Shown here: positions 20,085 through 28,562 of the stretch, piece after piece
Position numbering within the stretch: position 1 is the stretch's first letter
Layout of the letters: each line of letters begins with the position of its first letter
Assembly (NCBI GenBank): GCA_963817915.1
Contig: CAWFQL010000011.1
Coordinates: forward strand, 64,001 to 128,000
Origin: an uncultured candidate division Zixibacteria bacterium
Lineage (GTDB): Bacteria > Zixibacteria > MSB-5A5 > UBA10806
Direction of reading: 5' to 3'
Length of the DNA stretch: 64,000 nt
Notes under the pieces: generated by a model
What the model was told of the DNA's origin: nothing
Seen by the model: only the letters and a program-made list of their open reading frames with translations
Databases searched by the model: none
Made by a program: the position numbers and the translations under genes

Positions 20085-20578
20085 GTAGGTCGGGGTTTGA
20101 GTCCGTTTCGGACGAAAACCCGACAAAAATAAGGCAATCACAGCGCGTTTGTTTAGATTGCTTCGTCGTCCGTCAAGAGCCGGACTCCTCGCAATGACAG
20201 GCGATGGTCGGAATCCATCTTATTGCGTGTTACAGTTTACTGTGACCGCAACCAGATATAGCCGGCAGTAGCCCAAATCTCAAAGAGATTTGGGAACATG
20301 CTCCCAAAACCACAAGGGTTTTGGGCTTCGGCTGCCCCACCGGGCCGCATTGATTTAAGGCAGTCAAGGATGACCGCCGCCCAGTATTCAGTATTCTTTA
20401 TATTGAAAAACACGTTGTAGGGGCGAGGTCAACTCGCCCAAACCTGTCATTCCTCATCCGTCAGTCGCCGGACTCCTGGTGAGCTTGATGCGGAATCTAT
20501 CTTGAATACGAGCAAGATTCCCGCTTTCGCGGGAATGACAAGAGAATAATGCTGTAGGGGTTTGATTAATCAAACCCC
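20085..20578. repeat. Mixed REP-like palindrome cluster
   Basis: GTAG hairpins at ~20085, ~20268, 20417 and 20554; TGTCA-type elements at 20155-20199 (minus), 20445-20498 and 20515-20540. Confidence 0.85.
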
Positions 20579-20622
20579 CACAAAATATTAGCGCAATTAT
20601 ATATTATAACTATAATTTAAAA

Positions 20623-21087
20623 TTAATTGTCTTGATGATTTCTATTCTTGGCGTAGTAATCGCTCATAATCTCTTTTTTGTGCGATGGGAAAAAATCTAA
20701 TTTCACCTTGGTCTCGATTTTTGCCTGGTAACGTTCATTATCCGGTCCGACAAATTCACCCTTAGCCCTGACAATCACGGTTGAATCGCTCATATTGACT
20801 TCGTCCCATTCGACCGCGTAAGTCGCGCCATTAATATAATATTGAGGGGAGAGGCTGCCCTTATCTTTTCTGCCGTGACATTCGATATGCCATTTGGCCG
20901 CTTCACTGCCTGCGATTGCAGCGGTATTGGCCTTGTCCATCGGCATATCAGAATCGAATCTAATGGATGCAGAATCGGTTGGCTTATTGACCACAGTAGC
21001 CATCGATAAGGTTCCAGCTATAATAACTGCAAGCAAAGAAAAGATTAGCACCACGAAATCATTTTTATTCTCTTCACGAAATGCCAT
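20623..21087 (-). CDS. Hypothetical PilX-like (minor pilin-like) protein
   Basis: Basic N-terminus, hydrophobic helix, then A..AAIAGSEAA as in PilX N-terminal domains; GGAGA RBS. Confidence 0.5.
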   Translation of the reverse strand: MAFREENKNDFVVLIFSLLAVIIAGTLSMATVVNKPTDSASIRFDSDMPMDKANTAAIAGSEAAKWHIECHGRKDKGSLSPQYYINGATYAVEWDEVNMSDSTVIVRAKGEFVGPDNERYQAKIETKVKLDFFPSHKKEIMSDYYAKNRNHQDN

Positions 21088-21206
21088 CAGTTATTCTCCC
21101 ATTTTGATGATGAATTATTATGCGAACCTGACTCAAGCAATGCCGTTCAAAAGCATTCTAACTATCATATTTTCAAGGGCTTTGCTCATATCTGGACATT
21201 ATAAAT

Positions 21207-21223
21207 GGCAATAACAATGCCAA
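21207..21223 (-). promoter_or_regulatory. sigma54 (-24/-12) promoter candidate
   Basis: Minus strand TTGGCATTGTTATTGCC (GG-N10-GC). Confidence 0.55.
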
Positions 21224-21287
21224 TATGAAACGCCTGAAAATATGAAATTATAAGTTAATGGGAGAATTTAACTTATCAAGCAAAACT

Positions 21288-21608
21288 CTATTCCTTGACC
21301 ACTTTGACCGCAGTCCCGAAAGCAAGTAATTCTGCAGAGCCTTGCATAATCGAGGCTGTAATTAATCTGGTGCCCACAATCGCATTTGCGCCCATAGATT
21401 CGGCCTGCGCTACCATTCTATCGATAGCTTGTTCTCTGGCTTCAGCAATCAGCTTTGTATAATTGTAAACTTCGCCGCCTATTATATTTCTCAGAAAAGC
21501 TATCAGATCCTGGCCAATATGTCTTGCCCTAACCGTATTGCCCTTAACCAGACCAAGGACTTCAGTAACTTTGTAACCCTTAATTTCATCTGTAGATGTC
21601 ATAATCAT
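21288..21608 (-). CDS. YbjQ/UPF0145 family protein
   Basis: LGLVKGNTVR, LRNIIGGE..Y, AREQA, GANAIVG, AFGTAV. Confidence 0.92.
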   Translation of the reverse strand: MIMTSTDEIKGYKVTEVLGLVKGNTVRARHIGQDLIAFLRNIIGGEVYNYTKLIAEAREQAIDRMVAQAESMGANAIVGTRLITASIMQGSAELLAFGTAVKVVKE

Positions 21609-22051
21609 AGCTCGACCTCCTCATATCTATCGTGAGCCCTTGAAAATAATCGTTCCCTTATAATTGATACTATCAAAATGATTAATCCGAAAAGCGATGC
21701 CCCCACTCCGATTTTTAATAGCATGGGCGGCTTGCTATCAAGAAAAAAATTCTGAAGCAGTTCCCATCCGCCGAAAGCCAGAAGAATGATCGTTCCAATC
21801 GAGAAGAATATCCAGCCGATTCCTCGTTCGGTCCTGTTATAGATACCGTGCCAGTAATTGGCCCAGAGCCTGTCGGGCAGATCGAAGTATTTCATTTCGT
21901 CGGTCACCTCTTTCAATTTATTCAATCTCGCGTATTCTTTTCTGCATTCATCGCATGATACCAGATGATCATTGACAGCCTTTTTTTCTTCGGGAGTCAA
22001 TTCACCATCGATAAGCCCGGAAAGGAGGATTTTTGCCTCTTCACATCTCAT
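21605..22051 (-). CDS. Zinc-finger (zf-HC2) anti-sigma factor, two TM helices
   Basis: MRCEE..LLSGLIDGEL...HLVSCDEC; overlaps the ECF sigma stop codon. Confidence 0.88.
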   Translation of the reverse strand: MRCEEAKILLSGLIDGELTPEEKKAVNDHLVSCDECRKEYARLNKLKEVTDEMKYFDLPDRLWANYWHGIYNRTERGIGWIFFSIGTIILLAFGGWELLQNFFLDSKPPMLLKIGVGASLFGLIILIVSIIRERLFSRAHDRYEEVEL

Positions 22052-22677
22052 AATTCCACCTTCTTTTTCTCCAGGATTTCGCGAAGCTTAATTCTGGCAT
22101 AATATAGCCTGGACATAACAGAGCCGCGGGGAATATCGAGCGATTGGGCTATCTGATCATAGGAAAAATCCTGGAAATGGCTTAATATTATGATTTCTTT
22201 GAAGTTTTCAGGGAGTTCATTTATCGCGGCCCAGACAGTCTTTTGAATTTCATCTTGCTGAACCATTATATCCGGACGCGCCGATGGCTTGCTATCTTCG
22301 AATTCCATTTCGTCCGATGGCATTGAAGTCGTATTGTGCCCTGCTCTTTTTCGCAAATGATTTTTGCACAGATTTCCCAGAATATGAAAGAACCATACCT
22401 TAAATGGAAATTTCTGATCGAATCGCTTGAGATGTTTATGAACTCGGACAAACGCCTCCTGCGATAAGTCATAGGCTTCATCGCTATCGCCTGTCATTCC
22501 CCGGGCATATTGATACGCCTTTTTGTAATATCGTTGGACTAATTCCTGAAATGATTGCGGATGGCCATCGAGAGCCTGGCTAACCAATTGATTATCACTA
22601 ACTTCGTTATTGATAGTCGTCATTGTAATAGTGCGCGCAATTCTGATTCCAGCCAATCTTAATGGGTATCCGTTCAT
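22048..22677 (-). CDS. ECF RNA polymerase sigma factor
   Basis: DLSQEAF, FKVWFFHI..N, LPENFKE, SYDQIA..L.IPRGSVMSRLYYAR. Confidence 0.93.
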   Translation of the reverse strand: MNGYPLRLAGIRIARTITMTTINNEVSDNQLVSQALDGHPQSFQELVQRYYKKAYQYARGMTGDSDEAYDLSQEAFVRVHKHLKRFDQKFPFKVWFFHILGNLCKNHLRKRAGHNTTSMPSDEMEFEDSKPSARPDIMVQQDEIQKTVWAAINELPENFKEIIILSHFQDFSYDQIAQSLDIPRGSVMSRLYYARIKLREILEKKKVEL

Positions 22678-22758
22678 TCCAAGACCTTTCTCTCATGATG
22701 GAATACCCATTAAGTCCTAAAATATTCAAAAGAGGATAATAGTCTTATTCATAAAGGG

Positions 22759-24063
22759 CTATTTAAATTTCTCATAAAGCTCAGTCTGGATCGATGACAT
22801 CGGCATCCGTCGGCCCTCGATAATGACTTCCGTAACCATTGTTAATGGCTGCAAGGGATCGCCGTCAAATATTGCTATATTGGCAATCCTACCCGCCTCG
22901 ATTGAGCCCAAATCTTTGTCAACTCCAAGTATCTGCGCCGGATATATTGTCACGGCCTTCAATGCCGCTTCAAATGGCAATCCGTATTCGACCGCAATTC
23001 CCGCCTGAAATCTCAAATCCCTTACTCCATGCGCTCCGCCGGTGATAATCGCAATCTTGACACCGGCCTTATCGAGCAAAGCGGCATTTTCGTAAATGGC
23101 CCCGAGTGTTTCCATCGATGATGGCTGGGTTGTAATCGGGCCGACCAGCACGGGGATATTCTTTTTTGCCAATGTCTCCGCGACCATATAAGCCTCAGAT
23201 CCGAAAAGCAGAATCATCTTGAGATTGAATTCGTCGGCGATATTGATCGCGGTTAGAATATCATCCCGCCTTTGAGCGGCGGCGATAACCGGCAGCTTTT
23301 GTTCCATTGCCATTACCAGTATTTCTTTTCCGAGATCGCGGGCCGGCATTTTCGGCTCCTCAGGCTTTTTGCCTTTGGATTGCGGGGCATTTCCGCTCTT
23401 ATATTCTTGAAGCTTGCGATCATAGTCCGCGAAAGCATTTTTATAATCTTGCGCGTCAATGAACGCCTGCCTGAGCATGGCAACCAGGCCCATGCGAGTA
23501 TCGATCTTTTTCTTATCGCGCCATTTACCTACAGCTCGCTCGCCGAAATTAATATGCAAGGCCGCCGGAGCCTTGACCAGCATTTGATCGACAGTACTGC
23601 CATACAAATCCAAAACCGCGCTTTGCCCCGAAATGACATTGCCTGTACCTGGCGCCACTAACGCAGTAGTAACCCCTTCGATCCTTGTTACGGGGATGAC
23701 TTCGGTTCGGGTATTAATGGCATCGATAACCCTGATATTAGGAGTCAATGGGCTCGAATTCTCTTCGATATCGACTGTCTGAGCAACCGCCCCGATCTCG
23801 ATCAGGCCAATATTCGAGTAAGCATCGAAAAGACCGGGCGTGATTACCTTACCGGTAGCGTCGATAATTTCTGCTTCTCTCGGAATCGCGATATCTTTGC
23901 CTACTGACGTGATCTTGTTGTTTTCGATAACAATATTACCGTTCTCAATGATTGTCCCAGACATGGTGAATATTTTACCGCCCTTGATGGCCAGAATCCA
24001 GGCGTCAGCCGATATCGATAGCATTAAGACTGATGTTACTATAACTATTAATCTACTTTTCAT
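22759..24063 (-). CDS. Secreted amidohydrolase-family protein with degenerate metal site
   Basis: Signal peptide, IDATGKVITPGLFDAYS (no HxH), GSIEAGRIANIAIFDGDP. Confidence 0.85.
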   Translation of the reverse strand: MKSRLIVIVTSVLMLSISADAWILAIKGGKIFTMSGTIIENGNIVIENNKITSVGKDIAIPREAEIIDATGKVITPGLFDAYSNIGLIEIGAVAQTVDIEENSSPLTPNIRVIDAINTRTEVIPVTRIEGVTTALVAPGTGNVISGQSAVLDLYGSTVDQMLVKAPAALHINFGERAVGKWRDKKKIDTRMGLVAMLRQAFIDAQDYKNAFADYDRKLQEYKSGNAPQSKGKKPEEPKMPARDLGKEILVMAMEQKLPVIAAAQRRDDILTAINIADEFNLKMILLFGSEAYMVAETLAKKNIPVLVGPITTQPSSMETLGAIYENAALLDKAGVKIAIITGGAHGVRDLRFQAGIAVEYGLPFEAALKAVTIYPAQILGVDKDLGSIEAGRIANIAIFDGDPLQPLTMVTEVIIEGRRMPMSSIQTELYEKFK

Positions 24064-25342
24064 TGCTGGCCTCCATCGGTGACGGCTCTTTAGATCTGTC
24101 GAATACAATTTCGCCATCAATTATTGTCATATCGACCCGGCTATATATATTGAATGGCTGACCCGAGAATATCGCGATGTCGGCGTCCTTGCCGACTTCA
24201 ATAGAGCCGATCTTATTCTCAAGCCCCAGCGCCGCGGCGGGATTGATCGTAATTGCCTCATAGGCTTTTTGTCTGTCCATGCCATTTCTGACTGCCTTGG
24301 CCGCCATCAGCCAAAGTCTCTGAATCTCATCCGCCGAATCCGAATGGAATGTCACCCTGACACCTTTTGACGCTAATATTCCTGCCGCCTGCGGAATCGC
24401 ATCCCAGGCCTCGACTTTGAATCCCCACCAATCAACCCAAACTTCGGGGAAAATATTTCTGGCGGCTATGGAATCGGCTATCATGTAAGACTCGGTGGCA
24501 TGCTCGAAGCTCTTGATCTTGAATCCGAATTCATCCGCGACCTTCATCATCTTCAGCATTTCGTCTTTTTCATAGCAATGGACATGCACCAGAAAATCGC
24601 CATGAACAATTTTCCATAAGGCTTCGAGCTTTAGATTTCTTTCCGGCGGAGTGGTTTCGGCATTCTTCTTTTTAGCTATATCGAAACGAGCCCATTTTTC
24701 TCCATATTCTTTGCCCTTTAAGAGCCATTCTCTCATAATTGCGATATTTCCCATTCGAGTCGATGGCATCTGGCCCCGTTCTCCATAGACCATCTTGGGA
24801 TTTTCGCCTAATGCCATCTTCATTCCCGGCGGAGCGTCTGTGATCTTCATTCCTTCGACGGTTTTGCCTGGTTTTAATTTCACTACCAATGTCTGTCCCC
24901 CGATAATATTCGCGGAGCCCGGCAAAGATTGAATTGTGGTTACGCCTCCGGCAATGGCTCTTTTAATGCCGGGGTCCCGGGTATTGAATGAATCTTCAGC
25001 GCGGACTTGCGGGGTTATAGGATCGGTCATTTCATTGCCGTCATCATTGGCGGAGACATCAGGCCACGCATATACACCTATATGCGAATGGGGATCGATA
25101 ATCCCTGGCATAATGAATTTGCCGGTGGCATCGATCTCGGATGCGCCGGGCGGGGCTTGAAGATTACTGCCGATTTCGGCGATCTTCCCATCCTTTAATA
25201 AAATGTCGCCTTTATCGATAGTACCCTTTGTTACCGTGATTATTGTGCCATTCTTAATCAGCAATTCCGGATTCGCGGCGTAGATAGTTGAGGCAAACGC
25301 CACAATTATAATCGCACCGATGATCTTTGTCTTATTTATCAT
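24053..25342 (-). CDS. Secreted amidohydrolase-family protein
   Basis: PGIIDPHSH, MKMALGENPK, VHVHC, EHATE, HSD, GSIEVGKDAD. Confidence 0.9.
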   Translation of the reverse strand: MINKTKIIGAIIIVAFASTIYAANPELLIKNGTIITVTKGTIDKGDILLKDGKIAEIGSNLQAPPGASEIDATGKFIMPGIIDPHSHIGVYAWPDVSANDDGNEMTDPITPQVRAEDSFNTRDPGIKRAIAGGVTTIQSLPGSANIIGGQTLVVKLKPGKTVEGMKITDAPPGMKMALGENPKMVYGERGQMPSTRMGNIAIMREWLLKGKEYGEKWARFDIAKKKNAETTPPERNLKLEALWKIVHGDFLVHVHCYEKDEMLKMMKVADEFGFKIKSFEHATESYMIADSIAARNIFPEVWVDWWGFKVEAWDAIPQAAGILASKGVRVTFHSDSADEIQRLWLMAAKAVRNGMDRQKAYEAITINPAAALGLENKIGSIEVGKDADIAIFSGQPFNIYSRVDMTIIDGEIVFDRSKEPSPMEASNEK

Positions 25343-25431
25343 GCAAAAATCCGCCCGTTTGTTTGATGTTTTCTATCTTGAATGATCTTTTTTGTGATTC
25401 ATATAAAGCAATATTACTGCAGATGAAGCAT

Positions 25432-26380
25432 TTAATAGTGAACAGTTAAATGCATTTTGGGATGGTATGATGCTGTCGGGTCTTGAGAAGATTTAATATA
25501 AATACTTCCCGAGCTGATTCTCATCTGCCATTTTTAACATAAATCCTGATCTTCTCAAGCCGGTCCTGAACCAGCCATTCACGAATCTTTTAATATCAAA
25601 TTCAATCCATCCGGAATATCCCGCATTCAAGGTCAGTGTATCAGATGTAGGTGTGCCGAATGTTCCGCCGGCCCCGTTAGTCCAAGGCCCTGTCCCGGTT
25701 GATAACCAGGTTGCCCCGCTTTCGGTGTAAAAATCACCAAGATTATACGCGATCAAATTGATTGGCTGGGTGGAAGTAACAGAATCGACATAAAGGCTCA
25801 ATGTTGCCGTATCGATTGCGGTAGAGGCATCAAATTGGGAGAAGTAATCATTTAAGTTCGCTACGAAATGAACCAGAGCCCTGGCAAGCGAATTTGGATT
25901 TTCACCGGTAATAATGAGCGATATCGCGCTTCCATGGTTAGTGTTGGAATCGGGCATTGAAAGATACGTATCGGCGCATCCGTTGTAGGATGTTGCCGGG
26001 CTGACTCCATTTTGAAATGTTACATTGGACAATGGGACTTTAGTCAAAGTATAATATTTATTTACCAAATCCGATCCCGCGTAAACATTGACAGTATCGA
26101 AGGCAGATGAATATCCGGGCCTGTGGACTTCAATAATCATATATCCGGCGGTCAAACCGCCAATATAAAATCTGCCGGTGGTATCGTTTGAAGTAATAGT
26201 CGTATCGAATGGCGGATGGGAAAGATCAAGATATGCCCATCTATCGGGAATCGGCGGAAGCGGCGAAAGAATTACCACTCCGGAAATCGTTCCCGGCGGG
26301 CTGGATAGCGGTCCGCCGCATGAAATCAGGATACTTGCGCTGAATACAATGCCTATAAACCAATATCCCCTTTGTCGCAT
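25432..26380 (-). CDS. Lipoprotein with carboxypeptidase-regulatory-like and DNRLRE-type domains; frameshift near 25500
   Basis: Lipobox LISC; TFQNG..Y.G..DTYL, RALVHF, ATLSLY, E.GATW; C-terminus SSQDPTASYHPKMHLTVHY in another frame. Confidence 0.65.
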
Positions 26381-26486
26381 AGCACAATTTTATTTGTTAA
26401 TTCTATCAAAGTCAAGACGAATTGGCCTTAATAATCAGTTAATGCTGTCGATAATTATATAAAAAAGCTTGCCCGGGGAGTTCTAA

Positions 26487-28562
26487 ATGGAAATTATCCA
26501 GCAAAAATTAATATGGCTAATAGGCAGCCTTGCGCTGTTCTTTATAATCAGAAAATTGCAGCTGGATAAAACCGGAATCCCTCGTTCAATCGCTTCAAGA
26601 TTAAGATTGGGAGTGACGTTGCTCTTAAGCGGCTCACTTTTGGGGCTGGTTTCGCACCTTTTTTCGCTGAATTTCCAGTTATACCGAATTGACCTAAACT
26701 ATTTTGTTGAAATAGGCTTCGGATATATCGCCGGATGGAGCTTCATTATCTGGGGGATTATCGAATGGGCTAATCTTAATTTTGATAGAAAAGGCAGACC
26801 GGTTTCCATTACGGGATCTACCGCGATATCTGAAAAAATCGCCAGGGCTTTGTATATGAAGCTCAGTCCCAACTTGCTAATCGATCAGATTGCACGCGAA
26901 GTCATTGAAATCTCCGAATGCCAAGCCATTACTCTGCATCAAACAGGCCCCGATGATATCCTGGCTCTGGCTTATCAATCAGGTTTTAACACCGAAACAG
27001 AAAAAATAATAGCGATGTACGACACCGGCGGCGATAATATTTTCGCGTCTGTTTTCCGAACCAAACAGGCAGTTGTCACCGAAGACATGGCGCTTCTACA
27101 TCGAACGGAATCGCTTACAACCCGAAACGGCTCTATCTCAAGCGCTCTATCTGTTCCAGTTACGATCGGAGAGACTATCGTAGCTGTTCTGACAATCTAT
27201 CGCACGAATAGACGACATTATTCCAAAGGCGACATAGAGCTTTTGGCATTCATAGCCAATGCCTTATCCGGCTCTATTGAAAGCAGCGTGACGGAGAAAT
27301 CGTATAACGGCGGGAAAATGCTTTGCGATCTCGGCGCAGTATTGAATGATATCTATGATGGGCCAGAATCGTTAGTACAATCATTCCTGGAATCTACCAA
27401 AATAATCAATCGATATATACAATTCGAAAAAGCCGCGCTTTATCTTCATGGCAGTGGTGAGATTCAAACCTTGGAATGGAATTTTCCCGACGGCTTAAGC
27501 ACCAGAATACTCAATGGATATTTTCCTGTCGAAAGCTATCCCAGGCTGAACGGAAAGCATTCATTGAATAGTCAATCCAATATTGTCTGCAATGGCTTTA
27601 TAGAAAATTTATCCAAGCGCCCCAATATAAAGGCTAATCTTGAAATATCATTTGGACGGACAATAAGAATTGATTCAAGGGTCAGGCAAATATTCCAAAT
27701 CCTTGGCGAACAAATAATAAAGAAAATCGAATCCGAAAATCATAAAGCCGAGAAAGAGAAAATGAGACAATGGCTTGGGGCCTTACGTCTATTTCATCAA
27801 AAATCCATGGTCTCATCGAATGTCTCGGAAATGATGCAGGAAATTGCCGAGATGGTCACCAACCTGACTCCCGCGAGCCTGGCCAAAATTACTTTAGCGG
27901 ACTTTGACAAAAATATTTTCAAGACGGCCGCGATCTCGCAAGCCAGGAATTTTCGCCGCGTGCGCAAATTTGATGATAAGTTCTCAATGGGCGACGCCGC
28001 GCTTCATTTGCGGGCAATCAATGAGAATAAGATTCTGAAATTCAACCAGGAAGATATTAATCTTCGCATGACGAAAAAAGAATATGATTGCATGATGCCA
28101 ATTGGAATCAAGCACGGGATTATACTCCCAATTTCGGTCAATAATCGCGTAATTGGACTTCTGACGATCGGCGAATCCCGCAATATTCAGAGGCAGCCAC
28201 TCAATGATATGACATATTTCTTTTTATCGAACGTAATGGGCCTGATTTCTACGATATTCATGCTGCACAGGGAGAGGTTATCCGGGCAGATAAATAATGA
28301 GGGAGTCAAACGCCTCACTCTTAAATTAGGCGCGGCCGCCGAGATCAAAAAGACCGAGATCCTCCCGTTAAACATAAAATCCAGGGTAAATGGCCCATTG
28401 GCGGGCATTATGGCGTCATGCGAATATCTTAAAAATATCAATCCGGATAATCCTCGTGAGTTGAATAGATATCTGGAAATTATTGAGCGGAACGCGAATA
28501 AGATTCATCGAATTACTTCCGGAGACATCCCGGCGGTAAAAGAAATGGTGGCAAAGCAGTAA
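26487..28562 (+). CDS. Membrane-anchored GAF-domain protein with degenerate C-terminal HisKA-like helix pair
   Basis: N-terminal TMs; SALSVPV...VAVL and IILPI...VIGLLTIG GAF segments; C-terminal KSRVNGPLAGIMASCEYL...YLEIIERNANKI. Confidence 0.75.
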   Translation: MEIIQQKLIWLIGSLALFFIIRKLQLDKTGIPRSIASRLRLGVTLLLSGSLLGLVSHLFSLNFQLYRIDLNYFVEIGFGYIAGWSFIIWGIIEWANLNFDRKGRPVSITGSTAISEKIARALYMKLSPNLLIDQIAREVIEISECQAITLHQTGPDDILALAYQSGFNTETEKIIAMYDTGGDNIFASVFRTKQAVVTEDMALLHRTESLTTRNGSISSALSVPVTIGETIVAVLTIYRTNRRHYSKGDIELLAFIANALSGSIESSVTEKSYNGGKMLCDLGAVLNDIYDGPESLVQSFLESTKIINRYIQFEKAALYLHGSGEIQTLEWNFPDGLSTRILNGYFPVESYPRLNGKHSLNSQSNIVCNGFIENLSKRPNIKANLEISFGRTIRIDSRVRQIFQILGEQIIKKIESENHKAEKEKMRQWLGALRLFHQKSMVSSNVSEMMQEIAEMVTNLTPASLAKITLADFDKNIFKTAAISQARNFRRVRKFDDKFSMGDAALHLRAINENKILKFNQEDINLRMTKKEYDCMMPIGIKHGIILPISVNNRVIGLLTIGESRNIQRQPLNDMTYFFLSNVMGLISTIFMLHRERLSGQINNEGVKRLTLKLGAAAEIKKTEILPLNIKSRVNGPLAGIMASCEYLKNINPDNPRELNRYLEIIERNANKIHRITSGDIPAVKEMVAKQ

